From positions 1-33,365 of the forward strand of contig MCFE01000820.1 in NCBI GenBank assembly GCA_002104905.1: a stretch of 33,365 bases of DNA, given 5' to 3'. The position numbers were made by a program, and so were the translations under genes. This DNA comes from Basidiobolus meristosporus CBS 931.73 (taxonomy: Eukaryota > Fungi > Basidiobolomycota). The notes beneath the pieces are model-generated. The model was not told where the DNA came from. It searched no databases and was given only the letters and a program-made list of their open reading frames with translations. Positions 20,881 through 32,235 of the stretch are shown here, one piece after another (the first letter of the stretch is position 1; the number at the start of each line of letters is the position of its first letter).

Positions 20881-23800
20881 TGATGTAATACAAAAAGTGT
20901 TCTGGATATAAGAAACTTATCAAGAAATAATGATAATAGCTGAACTGTTGCTTGTTTGTAAAGAAGATCAGTATTAATACCTTTCTAGAAGTAATACAAT
21001 TGTGACTCTGAGTGAGGAGAGCTTCTCAACATTCAGGAGCATTCTGAAACAGCTTCAGGATAATTACACAATGTTTGGTAGAAGTACCAATTTGATATTG
21101 ACTATATGGGAATAAATATAGGAACATAGAGCAGAAAGAAAGTGGCAAAGTTGGTAAACAAGTCCTACTATGATCAAGACTAGTCCAGAATGGTTAAGTG
21201 AATGTTTAGCAGCTGAATGATACCAATCTGCTGAATATTTCAACATTTCCCCTCAGCTAAATATTTTTTTAATCCTAATGTCTCTAAGCTACTCATATTG
21301 TGGCCTAACTAACAGTTTTGTCAATATATCTGCCATTATTTTGTCAAATGGGGGAGTAGACTAACTCTACTGATTTATTTTCTACAGCTTCCCCCACAAA
21401 GTGGTGTTACATATCTATGTGCTTACTTCTTGCATGATTAGTGGAATTCCTACCTAATAGAATACAACTTTGACAATCATTGTAATTTCATGTTGGTTTA
21501 TCCAAACTAGAGCTCAAGTCTTTAAATAACTTTTGTAGCCATATGGTCTCTTTAGTTGCTTGACAAGCAGCTATATTTTCAGCTTCAATTGTAGAATGGG
21601 CCACAGTTGATTGTTGCCTGAAGTTCCAAGTAATAGCTGCACAATTTTATAGAAACACATACCCAATGGTACAGCATCTGTTGATTGGATCCCCACCCCA
21701 ATGTGCATCACTATAGTCATTAAGTCCAAGCCTATTAGTTGCTCCAGAGTATTCCAGAACCATTTTAATGATATCTTGCAGATAGCTGAAAATTTGCTTA
21801 ACTGCTGAAACTTGATCCCACCCATAATTCTGCATGAGTTGACTATCTATTCCAACTGCCACAGCAATATCAGAACATAAAGACACTATCTAGTAAATAA
21901 GGCTGCAAACCATTGATTGATAGGAATGGTTTGGTCCATATTTGAGCTGTTCTCTTTTAAACCTGCTGAAGTTTGCTCAATTTCAGGTTAGTATGCATTG
22001 GTGCTGTTGCAGGCTTGCAGTTTTCTATTTTGAAGCATTTAAGAAAGTCCCTGATGTGTGTAGAGTGATTCAGCACATTTTTGGCATAATTATGTCAAGT
22101 TACATTGATACCACAAACTGCTCATTATTGCATGATCTTGCATCTCAAACTTGCTGAGGAAGTCTGATTTTTTCTGTGCATAATGTCTCCTGATCACCTG
22201 TAGCTATTACTTGGTTGTCCACACAAAGTACCACAATAATTACTCCCTTTTAAGCCAATTTCACATATATACCATGATCTGTAGTGCTATAAAGCAACCC
22301 AATCTCCTCTAGATATGTGTCCCTCTTATTATACCATGTTCTAGGTGCCTGCTTGAACCCATAAGTAATTTCTTAGGTCTGCATACCTTAAAAGGGTCTT
22401 TTACATTGGTAAAACCTGCTGCTTTGATATCCAGTTAGTATAGATCTTGGCTGTGAGCAGCTTTTAGGGCCAGAACTGTCCTATTGGAGTTAAATTTGGC
22501 TACTGGAGAAAGCATTTCCTTATAGTCTAGTCCCTGAATCAGGGAGTTGACTTTAGTCACCATTCTAGATTTGTACTATAAACTGTAGCATTTGAGGTGG
22601 TAGACTCATCTACATACCATTGGCTCTATCATAATTGGGTAATCTACCAGCTCTTTTGCTTTTGCCTTGATCAGCAGTTGGCACTATTTCTGCATGGCAT
22701 GTTGCCACATAGCAGCATGTGGACTTTGCATGGCTTGTACCAGACTTTGAGGTTTGGCACATAAGGCAAGATAAGATTTTCATGGCCATTACTTCTTAAA
22801 TTGCAATAGAACAGTGGCCTGTAGAGTTATACTAGTAGTAGAGTAGCACTATGCAAACTTCTTTGAGCAGTATTCCCCTCTATTGTTACTTCACAGTACC
22901 TTTAAGTTGCACACAGTTTGTATTTCTGCCATATTCTTCAAGAGCCTAAACATCTCTAAAGCCTATTCCTTTGTCTTGAGGAAGTGCTCCCATGTATATG
23001 TTGTCTTGTCATCAGTAAACATTATACAATGTATTTGTGGCTCTGAAGGACAATGTTTTCATGGGCTACAAATATCTGAGAGCACAATAGCCAGTAACAC
23101 GCTAGTGTTAATGCCTCTAGAGCTCCAGAAACTTTGCCTAGCTTGTTTGCTATATGAACATCCCTTGTAAACACTCAATTTAATAGGAATTAAGATTTCA
23201 AGTCCAAGCAAGTTGCCTTTTCACCAATTGGCTCATTTTCTGTTCCCAACTAAGTGCCAGCCACCTATACCACATCTCTTGGCTAGTTTCATCAGTTTCA
23301 GCAATGTATGCATACTCAGGCAGAATGCTCTTGCAATACAACTTGTATAAACTGTGATCTCTGATTTTCAAAGATGCTTTTTGTTCATTCCCACAGAATA
23401 TCAAGCAGCTCAGCTTAGTCAAAACAGACTTTAGACTTGGAGTACTTGCTTTACTGATTGTGAGTAGGTTCTTAGCTATTCAAGGCACATAGAGTATGTC
23501 AGTCAGTTTTGCTGCTGTTGCCACTAAGAGATCACTCATATTCAGCTGTATTAGCCCACTGGAGGTAGCTTCCAGTGCACAGTTGTTTCCCAGATAAATC
23601 TTCCTTATGGGAATATTTTTTGTTGCTGAGCCACCTCTTTAAACCACAAGTTGGCTGTGATGCTCCTGAGTCAATATACCATTCATTACTTTGGTTGCTT
23701 GCACTTGCTTGTACTGTCTCAAATAACTGTTCATTTGTGGTTATATGGCTTGCCTGCTCTTGTTTATGCTTTTTTCTGCCTGTTTCTTCTAGCTTTCTCT

Positions 23801-24920
23801 GGCCTAGTGTCCTGGCTTCTTAGAGTAGTCACAGCAACCACATTCTTTTTGGTTCTGTTGCTTTCTCTTCTTCTCTGTGTGCCCTTGTGAGCTGAATAGG
23901 GCATTATCTTCTGTTCTCTCTGCTTGGCCATTATGTCTATGCTATTCCCGGAGAGGGTCTTGTGCTTGCATAGTCTATAATAAGATTGTCTTCTATGCAC
24001 TCAAGAGAAAGTGTGAGTGGCTCATACTTGTCTGGTAAGCAGCAAAGTAGACAGAGTATCATTTCTGTCTCATCTACACCTGCGTCAATACCATCAAGCT
24101 CTTTTGCAAGTGTCTCCATTCTGATAATTTGCAGTAGCATGTCATCCTCTGGCTTCTTTGTCATGTTGAAGTGCTTTTGCTGCAAATGAAGCTTACTTGA
24201 TACTAACATATTCTGAAGATCTTTTCTAAGAACTCCTATGCTGCTTTGGCAGTATTAACAGCATGAATTTGGCCAATGAAAGAATCTTGCACTTTGATAC
24301 TTATGTCATTGAAGGCTTTTATCTCCTTCTCTTGAGAATTTTCAACTTCTTCTTTTGTTCCTTTGGGCTCAACCTCCTTTCCCATCAGTGTATTCCAATG
24401 CTCTCTTTCCTCATGGTGGATTGGCATCTTGACTCTCCAGAGCTTGTTGTTCCTTCCATCAAGCCTCTCCTATGAAGTGAATATGTTTGTATTGTTCTGT
24501 TTGCTTGTAAATATCATCTTTAGACTAGAGTAAGGTAATAAGGGCTCAAAAGCTGTTATAAATTAAATGTTTCTTGAAGTGAGGGAACTTATCAACAAAG
24601 AATAGTTCCAGTGGAGCTGTAGCTTAAACATAAAGAAAGCTCAGTAGTTCTACCTTTGTAGAAATAACACAACTGTCACACCAAGTATGCAGGGTTTCTC
24701 AACATTCAGGAGCATTCTATAACAGTTTCAGGGTTAATACATAAGTATGATAAAAGTGCTGATTTGTTCTTAATTAAAGGAGAGTAATTGTAGGATTATA
24801 GATCTGAAAGAAAGTATAAAGTTAGGGCTGTTATTTAGTCCTACGGTGACAAGGACTAGCTCAGAACTGTTGAGTAAAATTCTTGCTATGAATGATACCC
24901 AATGGTTCAACATCTCAACA
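20881..24920 (-). mobile_element. Ty1/copia family B element with both LTRs (20881-21245 and 24554-24920), internally deleted, TSD GGGGC/GTGGC
   Basis: PPT GCTGAGGGGAAA (21246-21257, minus); degenerate PBS GCTTTTGAGCCCT (24541-24553, minus); gag, DSG protease, IN and RT/RNase H remnants; the gypsy sequence rejoins across it. Confidence 0.92.
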
Positions 24921-26342
24921 GTGGCTACTCCAGATTTGTGATAACTTCCACTTTCTTTGGGACCTGGGTAATGCCTGTGCTAATCACTATTTGTCCTACA
25001 TACTCAACATATATGCTGAACAGCTCACACATTGCTAGCTTGTTCTCTGTTTGCTTCTTAAAGACCTTTTCAATGTTTGCTTAGTGGTCCGCATTTGTCT
25101 GGCTGTATATCAATATGTCATCTAGATAGATGAGCACAAACTTGTTTAAGTTCTCCTGGAAAATGGTTGCATTAAGGTCATGAATGTTGTAAGAGCAATG
25201 GTGAGGCAAAAACTCATGAATAGGTGGTTGTTATGTCCATATCTAATCCGGAATGCTGTTGTGGGGATACCTTCTGGTTTCACCCTAGTCTGGTTGCATC
25301 CTGATATGTGATCTATATTGGTCAATATGATGGCTCCATTAAGTTAGTCCAAAAGCTCATCAGTCCAAGGTATAGTGTACTTATTTTTTGCAGTAACTAA
25401 ATTATGATCCCTGTAGTTAATGCACATCCCAAGTGTTCCATCCTTCTATTTCACAAAAAGCACTGGTGCTCCCCAAGGTGACTTGCTGGGCCTGATGTTT
25501 CCTTGTTCCAATAGTAGAACAGTTTGTCTCCTCATCTCTTCCAATTCCATTGGACTTATAGTGTAGGGTGTCTTGCTGAGTGGGGAGCTATCCCCTGGGT
25601 AAATGACATTTACCCACATCTTGGACTGGTGGTAGGCTTACAAGTTCTGCTGGAAACATGCTTGAATATCTATTCAGAGGAACCTGAAGCCTCTAGGGAG
25701 CTGGAGTATAGAAATCATCCTGCAATACTGCAGCAAGAAATATCTTTATAACACTCCTAAGTGCACTGCAGAACCCTGCCTTGCTTAGTTCTCTGGTTTC
25801 CAACATGTTGGGATTGACCAACTTGAAATTCAGTCTGGCAGGTAGTAGTTTGTAGGCCTAGTAGCCTTCTTGTTACTGAGTGGAATGGTTCTCTAATTCA
25901 TTGATGTATTACAGTTGTATAGCCATGTTTTTCCAAGAACCAGGTCAAATTTACAGTTTCCTAGTATATAGGTCTGCAGGTCTTGTTTATAGTCATTGAT
26001 CTCCATTCTTACTTGCTGAGTGATACAGTTGATTATGTGAGTGATCACATAAGTTGCTCAAGCTGAAGTGAATTTGTTAAGTTCCAAGTTGATCCTGGTT
26101 TCAAGGCTGGTTGTTCTGACATGTACTTGTGTGATGCTCCTGAGTCAATCATAATCTTGGCAGGTACTCCATTGATTACTCCATTTAAGTATAATATATT
26201 CCTTGAGCTTGAGGTCATTTGGGATAAGTATTTGTCTGCCACTTGGAAGGCAAGCTTGGAGTCCTCTACAAGTTCAGCTTCCACTGCACTATGTCCTTGG
26301 GCTTCACTACAGTAGAAAGTTCCTGTAAACCAATGGTGATTT

Positions 26343-26711
26343 TGTTGAAATATTGGACTATTTGGTATCAATCAGCAGCTAAAAATTTACTTAACAATTA
26401 TAGACTAGTCTTAGTCACTGTAGGACTCATTTACTGCCTTAACTTTGCCACTTTCTCCAGATCCATGATCTTATAATTATTCCCCTATAGTCAGGATCAA
26501 ATTGGCGCTATTACCAAACATTATGTACTAACCCTGAAACTGTTACAGAATGCTCCTGAATATTGAGAAACCCTCCCTACTTAGTGTAGCAGCTGTATTA
26601 CTTCTACAAAGGTATAAATACTGAGCTTCTTTATGAATAAACATCAGTTCAACTATTATCACTATTTCTTGATGAGTTCCTTATATCCAACTCACTTCTT
26701 AAATTGCAACA
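26343..26711 (+). repeat. Copia B 5' LTR (369 bp)
   Basis: TGTTGAAA..TTGCAACA; GGTATAAATAC TATA; homologous to 24554-24920 and 20881-21245. Confidence 0.9.
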
Positions 26712-26723
26712 GGTTATGAGCCC
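26712..26723 (+). other. Primer-binding site for half-tRNA-iMet (Ty5/copia type)
   Basis: GGTTATGAGCCC directly after the LTR is complementary to the GGGCUCAUAACC anticodon stem-loop of fungal tRNA-iMet. Confidence 0.85.
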
Positions 26724-26747
26724 CAATTGCCTTAATCTATTCTAAAG

Positions 26748-27293
26748 ATGACTTCTACCAGCAAACAAAGCAATACCAACATCTTCCCTGTAAAGGAGAG
26801 GTTTGATGGGAAGAACTACAGACTTTGGAGAATCAAGATGCAGATCCACCTTGAGGAAAGAAAGCTTTGGAACATAGTAACAGGAAAGGAAGTTGAGCCA
26901 AAAGAAATAGCAAAAGATGTGGAGAAGTTTCAAGAGAAGGGGAGAAAGGCCTTCAATGCCATATGCATCAATGTGCAAGACTCCTTCATTGGACAAATCC
27001 ATGCCTCAAATACTGCCAATGTAGCATGGGAATCCTTAGAGAAGATCTTTAAAGCAATGTCAGTATCAAGCAAGCTTTATTTGAAACAAAAGTTCTTCAA
27101 CATGAGGAAGAAGCCAGATGATGACATGCTACAACTCATTACCAGAATGGAGACACTTGCAGAAGAACTTTACAGTATTAATGCTGGTGTAGATGATGAA
27201 GAAAAGAAACTTGGTCTGCTTTGCAGCCTACCAGACAAGTATGAGCCACTCATACTTTCTTTTGAAAGCAGAGAAGACAACTTGACTTTAGAC
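26748..27293 (+). pseudogene. gag: Copia B gag N-terminal part (DUF4219/UBN2-like)
   Basis: ORF 26748..27326; REDNLTLD rejoins YVKGRL at 32236 when the gypsy is removed. Confidence 0.9.
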
Positions 27294-27661
27294 TGTTATG
27301 ATCTGCCGCTTGAATGTTTAAGTTAGATCAGTTTTTAGTCAAATCAGTTAGTATATGTTTAGGTTATCAGTACATCAGTATTATCTATGAAATCAGTAGC
27401 ATTAGTCAGCAGATGAATCAGCAGATCCTTATCAGACAGAAATAGATATATTAAGTAGGATCTTATTGGGTGATGATGATGCAATCAAATGAGTCATCAG
27501 CCACAACCTACATTAGGAAATACAATTAGTCAGCAATTGATCTGGCAAAATGTATATAAGGAGCTGCTGGAACCTCAATAAAAATCAGTTCAAGTTTTAG
27601 TGAATACAATACTAGCTAAACTCCCTATTCCTCTACAACTCTTATACCAAGACTTGTAACA
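27294..27661 (+). repeat. Gypsy 5' LTR
   Basis: TGTTA..TAACA; TATATAA 27553-27559; AATAAA 27577-27582. Confidence 0.98.
27489..27497 (+). promoter_or_regulatory. Gcn4/AP-1-type site ATGAGTCAT in U3
   Basis: Perfect ATGA(C/G)TCAT about 55 bp upstream of the TATA box; retained in the old LTR (ATGACTCAT 18784-18792). Confidence 0.5.
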
Positions 27662-27662
27662 T

Positions 27663-27673
27663 TGGTAGCAGCG
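27663..27673 (+). other. Gypsy primer-binding site, 3' end of tRNA-iMet
   Basis: TGGTAGCAGCG one base after the LTR; TGGTAGC is the iMet 3'-end signature. Confidence 0.8.
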
Positions 27674-27719
27674 ATAACCAGAAACCTCCCTCCTGAAGAA
27701 AGAAGAAACCACCCTCAAG

Positions 27720-30700
27720 ATGTCGGACAATCAAGAATGGAAGAATGCCATGCAGCAAATCCTGGCCCAACAGCAACAGCTACTCCAGATCCTCAGCCAA
27801 CAGCAACAAGGAATGACTACCATGGCTCAGAGCCAGCAAAGCCCTATCAAGAGCAACTTTAGTGTGAAGGTCAACCGGTACCATGGCAGAGTCAATGAAA
27901 ACCTGGGAACTTGGCTCTTTCAGATTGAAGAAGCTTTTAAAGCTAAAGGAATTGCTCCAGAGAGCAAGTTGCATTATGCAGCTTCTTACCTGGCAGATGC
28001 AGCTTTACAGTGGTACCACAACAAGATCAGGTCAGCTACTATGATGGGATGCTCTACAATCTCTACCTGGGATGAGTTTGTGTCGGAAATTCAGGATGCT
28101 TTTGAACCTCCACACCAGCAGACACTACTAAGAAGGAAGTTAAAGACACTCAGACAGAAAGGAATGGTGCAAGAATACATCTATGAGTACAGATGTCTAC
28201 TTGGACAAATTGAAAGAATGGACCCCTTGGATCAAGTTGAATACTTTATTGATGGGTTGAAAGAAAGAACTCGCAAGGAAGTCAATTACCGAAGACCTCA
28301 GACTATTGAAGAAGCCATCAAGATTGCCATTGACTATGACTCAGCTATGTTTGGAGTTGGGAAGCCTACAGTGACTAGTCAGAAAGGCTATAATCATTAT
28401 GAAAGAAGACAATCAGAAGCAGTACCAATGGAAATAGACGCTATGCAGAAGAATCCCTCCTCAGAAGAATGCAAGAAGAGAGGACTTTGCTTCAATTGCC
28501 ACCAGCAGGGACATATTGCAAAGTACTGCCCTCAGAGAAGAAATGGACACCAGCCAACAAGAACCTTCAACCATATTGAATCCCATGAACACAATAATGA
28601 GGAAGATGAGCTTGAAGAAGACTCGGAACTCACCTTCCATATGACAGAAGAGTACTTGTCCCAAATGACTTCAAATTCAGGGAAGTTATTGTACCTGAAT
28701 GGAGCAATCAATGGAGTACCTGCCAAGATCATGATTGACTCAGGAGCATCGCATGAGTACATGTCAGAGCAATTTGCTTTGAAAGCTGGAATCAACTCGG
28801 AACCTACCAAATCAACTTCAGTCTCCACAGCTGATGGGAACTCCCACATAATCAACCGTATTACCCAGCCAGTAAGAATGAAGATCAATGACTATGAAGA
28901 AGACCTACAGGCTTATATATTTGGGAACTGCAAGTTTGACCTTGTACTTGGGAAAACCTGGCTATTTTGTCGTAATCCATCAATCAACTGGAGAACCCAT
29001 GCTACTCAGATCCAAAAAGACAACAAGACCTATGAGCTATTACCTGCCAGGCTGGATTTCAACTTGGTCAATTCCAGCGTGTGTGAGACAAGTGAACTTA
29101 GCAAGACCCAGTTCTGTAGAGCACTTAGAAAAGGTACCAAGATGTTCCTCATGGCGGTATTACAGGAGGATTCCTCTATCCCAGCACCCCAGCAGGTCCA
29201 GACTCTCTTGAAGAAATATTCAGACGTGTTTCCAGATGAGCTTGTAAGCCTACCACCAGTCAGAGACGTGGATCATGCCATTGACACAGGAGATAGCCCT
29301 CCAGTGAGCAAGACACCTTACAGAATGAGTCCATTGGAATTGGAGGAAATGAAGAAACAAATTGATCAGCTATTGGAGCAAGGATACATCAGGCCCAGCA
29401 AGTCACCTTGGGGAGCACCAGTGCTTTTTGTGAAAAAGAAGGATGGAACACTTAGGATGTGCATTGACTACAGAGCCCTGAACTCAGTTACCGTCAAGAA
29501 TAAGTACCCCATACCTCGGATTGATGAGCTTTTGGACCAACTTAATGGAGCCACTATTTTCAGCAAGATCGACCTCATGTCAGGATACAACCAGATTAGG
29601 GTGAAACCAGAAGATATCCCTAAGACAGCATTCAGGACCAGATATGGACATTACGAGTACTTAGTCATGAGTTTTGGCCTCACTAATGCCCCTGCAACAT
29701 TCATGACGCTGATGCAGACTGTCTTTCAGGAGTACTTAGACAAGTTTGTGATAATCTACCTGGATGACATATTGATATACAGCAAGACAGAAAAGGATCA
29801 CATGGTGCACATTGAAAAGGTCTTGAAGAAACTAAGAGAGAACAAGCTATACGGCAAGCTAGCCAAGTGTGAATTCTTTAAGGAACACGTAGAATATCTG
29901 GGACACATAGTGACTAGCACAGGAGTAACCTTAGACCCCAAGAAGGTGGAAGTAATCAAGAATTTGAAGCAGCCCCATAGCATATCAGAACTCAGATCCT
30001 TCCTTGGAATGGTTTCCTATTATCGGAGATTTGTCAAGTCATTTGCAAGTATTGCAGCCCCTTTAACTGATATCCTCAAGAAAGACAATACCTACAAGTG
30101 GGACATAGCTTGTGAGACTGCCTTCCAGACACTAAAGAATGAACTTGCTAAGCTGCCAAGCTTAAGAATACCAGACTTCAGAAAAGAGTTCACTCTGTGC
30201 ACAGATGCTTCAGATTATGCAATTGGTGGAGTGCTGAGCCAAGAACACGAGGGAAAGGACTACCCTGTTGCCTTTGAATCCAAGAAACTGAACTCAGCAG
30301 AACAAAACTATCCAGTTCATGAGAAGGAGATGCTTGCTATAATACACTGTTTGAAGACATGGAGATGCTATATTGAAGGAGTCAAATGCACTGTGAAGAC
30401 TGATCATGCCTCCCTCAAGTATATATTTACTCAGAAGGTACTCTCTAGAAGAATGACAAGATGGAGTGAATACATTCAGCAATTTGACCTGGAGATTGTC
30501 TACTGTCCTGGAAAAAACAACACAGTTGCTGATGCCTTATCAAGATTAGATCAAGTTGCACAACTCAACTTGGTGCATGAATCAGATTGGCCTAGCCTAT
30601 TACCAAAGTACTTGGAGGACCAAGCCATTCCTAATGAGGTGGATGAAGATATCAAGAAGATAATCCGTGATGAGGCCAGCAAATTTGTTGTACAGAATGA

Positions 30701-31853
30701 AACACTCTACCAAATTGTTGATGGAGGCCCTATTGCCTATTGTCCTTATGTTGCTCGCCTGGATTTAATACATAAGCTACACAATGGATATGGACATCTT
30801 GGGATTGAAGGAACCTATAGCCTTGTAAAAGCCAGAGCATGGTGGCCCAGAATGAAACAAGACATTGAGAAGCTAGTAAAAACATGCCCAAACTGCCAAA
30901 TCAATCAAGGCCAGCCACAAAGAATTGCCGAACTCTTCCCTTTGGAGCCTGTAAGACCATTTGAGAGATGGGGAATTGACTTTATTGGAAGACTGCCAAC
31001 TACCAGGAAATGCAACCGTTGGATCCTAGTAGCAATTGACCATGCCACTAAATGGCCAGTTGCTAAAGCTGTACCAATAGCCAGTGAACAAGAAGTTGCA
31101 AGTTTCATTTACCATGAGATCCTGATGAAGTTTGGATGCCCTGTGGAGATCTTATCCGATAGAGGTGCAAACTTTATGGCAAAGACATTAGAGGCTTACC
31201 TGGAAATGCAGCAGATCAGACACTTGAAAACCTCGGCATATCACCCCAGAACTAATGGAGTCACTGAGCGGTTTAATGGATTATTTGGAAAAATGCTGAC
31301 CAAGTATGCAAATGGAGTTGTCAGTAGATGGGATGAGTATATAGACCAAGCACTCTTTGCATGCAGAGTCAGAGTACACAACACCACCCAGCAATCACCA
31401 TTTTACTTAGTTTATGGATGTGAACCAAGGATTCCAGGAGATCTCACACAACCAAAGCTTACAGACACCTTAGAAGATGAACTCAGTCAGCCAAGTAGAC
31501 ACCAGCAACTGGAACAAAGACGTCAAGAGGCACAGACCAAAGTATCTCAAAGTGCAGAAAAGATGAAGCAGAGATTTGATAAGACTATAGCACCAGAAGC
31601 ATTGACAGTTGGGAACTTTGTATTGCTAAGAAACAACACTCGGAAGAAGTTTGAGCCACAATGGACAGGACCATTCAAGATCATCAGAGAATGTCCATTT
31701 GCAACTTACCAACTGGTGGACAAACAAGGCAATATCCGGGAAGACTTAGTGCATAGGGACAGACTCAAGCTTGCAAGACTTGCTGATAATACTGAACCAT
31801 CAAGATATTGGTATCACAAGAAAAGAGATTCAGGAGAACCCTCTCAACTTTAG
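27720..31853 (+). CDS. gag-pol: Single-frame Gag-Pol polyprotein, 1377 aa (Gag, CCHC, PR, RT, RNase H, IN with GPF motif, no chromodomain)
   Basis: [14 protein letters not shown]; IDSGAS; YLDD; TDASDYAIG; H..GH/CPNC; WGIDF, SDRG, ERFN; WTGPFKI; order RT-RH-IN. Confidence 0.98.
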   Translation: MSDNQEWKNAMQQILAQQQQLLQILSQQQQGMTTMAQSQQSPIKSNFSVKVNRYHGRVNENLGTWLFQIEEAFKAKGIAPESKLHYAASYLADAALQWYHNKIRSATMMGCSTISTWDEFVSEIQDAFEPPHQQTLLRRKLKTLRQKGMVQEYIYEYRCLLGQIERMDPLDQVEYFIDGLKERTRKEVNYRRPQTIEEAIKIAIDYDSAMFGVGKPTVTSQKGYNHYERRQSEAVPMEIDAMQKNPSSEECKKRGLCFNCHQQGHIAKYCPQRRNGHQPTRTFNHIESHEHNNEEDELEEDSELTFHMTEEYLSQMTSNSGKLLYLNGAINGVPAKIMIDSGASHEYMSEQFALKAGINSEPTKSTSVSTADGNSHIINRITQPVRMKINDYEEDLQAYIFGNCKFDLVLGKTWLFCRNPSINWRTHATQIQKDNKTYELLPARLDFNLVNSSVCETSELSKTQFCRALRKGTKMFLMAVLQEDSSIPAPQQVQTLLKKYSDVFPDELVSLPPVRDVDHAIDTGDSPPVSKTPYRMSPLELEEMKKQIDQLLEQGYIRPSKSPWGAPVLFVKKKDGTLRMCIDYRALNSVTVKNKYPIPRIDELLDQLNGATIFSKIDLMSGYNQIRVKPEDIPKTAFRTRYGHYEYLVMSFGLTNAPATFMTLMQTVFQEYLDKFVIIYLDDILIYSKTEKDHMVHIEKVLKKLRENKLYGKLAKCEFFKEHVEYLGHIVTSTGVTLDPKKVEVIKNLKQPHSISELRSFLGMVSYYRRFVKSFASIAAPLTDILKKDNTYKWDIACETAFQTLKNELAKLPSLRIPDFRKEFTLCTDASDYAIGGVLSQEHEGKDYPVAFESKKLNSAEQNYPVHEKEMLAIIHCLKTWRCYIEGVKCTVKTDHASLKYIFTQKVLSRRMTRWSEYIQQFDLEIVYCPGKNNTVADALSRLDQVAQLNLVHESDWPSLLPKYLEDQAIPNEVDEDIKKIIRDEASKFVVQNETLYQIVDGGPIAYCPYVARLDLIHKLHNGYGHLGIEGTYSLVKARAWWPRMKQDIEKLVKTCPNCQINQGQPQRIAELFPLEPVRPFERWGIDFIGRLPTTRKCNRWILVAIDHATKWPVAKAVPIASEQEVASFIYHEILMKFGCPVEILSDRGANFMAKTLEAYLEMQQIRHLKTSAYHPRTNGVTERFNGLFGKMLTKYANGVVSRWDEYIDQALFACRVRVHNTTQQSPFYLVYGCEPRIPGDLTQPKLTDTLEDELSQPSRHQQLEQRRQEAQTKVSQSAEKMKQRFDKTIAPEALTVGNFVLLRNNTRKKFEPQWTGPFKIIRECPFATYQLVDKQGNIREDLVHRDRLKLARLADNTEPSRYWYHKKRDSGEPSQL

Positions 31854-31854
31854 T

Positions 31855-31863
31855 AGGGGAGAA
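31855..31863 (+). other. Gypsy polypurine tract
   Basis: AGGGGAGAA immediately before the 3' LTR. Confidence 0.9.
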
Positions 31864-32231
31864 TGTTATGATCTGCCGCTTGAATGTTTAAGTTAGATCA
31901 GTTTTTAGTCAAATCAGTTAGTATATGTTTAGGTTATCAGTACATCAGTATTATCTATGAAATCAGTAGCATTAGTCAGCAGATGAATCAGCAGATCCTT
32001 ATCAGACAGAAATAGATATATTAAGTAGGATCTTATTGGGTGATGATGATGCAATCAAATGAGTCATCAGCCACAACCTACATTAGGAAATACAATTAGT
32101 CAGCAATTGATCTGGCAAAATGTATATAAGGAGCTGCTGGAACCTCAATAAAAATCAGTTCAAGTTTTAGTGAATACAATACTAGCTAAACTCCCTATTC
32201 CTCTACAACTCTTATACCAAGACTTGTAACA
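31864..32231 (+). repeat. Gypsy 3' LTR
   Basis: Matches 27294-27661. Confidence 0.98.
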
Positions 32232-32235
32232 AGAC

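Larger units (their letters stand above)
18622..26342 (-). mobile_element. Old, decayed Ty3/gypsy element related to the intact one; interrupted by copia B at 20881-24920 and cut in gag at 26342
   Basis: 3' LTR 18622-18993; IN/RNase H 18994-20880; RT/protease 24926-26342 (IMIDSGASH); colinear with 28550-32231. Confidence 0.93.
27294..32231 (+). mobile_element. Intact young Ty3/gypsy LTR retrotransposon (4938 bp), TSD AGAC
   Basis: Two 368-bp LTRs with no difference found by eye; PBS, PPT and a single long ORF; AGAC at 27290-27293 and 32232-32235. Confidence 0.98.

Noticed and set aside
5112-20887. Three insertions all starting TGATGT (5112, 13445, 20881)
   Set aside because: Different families whose consensus is TGTTG; may be coincidence or subfamily variation, with no testable support in the window
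27561-27570. GCTGCT downstream of the TATA box as a Tf1-like self-priming complement of the PBS
   Set aside because: Only 6 bp, too close to the TATA box to be the transcript start; the tRNA-iMet match explains the PBS
31740-31853. Chromodomain at the integrase C-terminus
   Set aside because: The tail after GPF is too short and lacks the YLVKW-type motif
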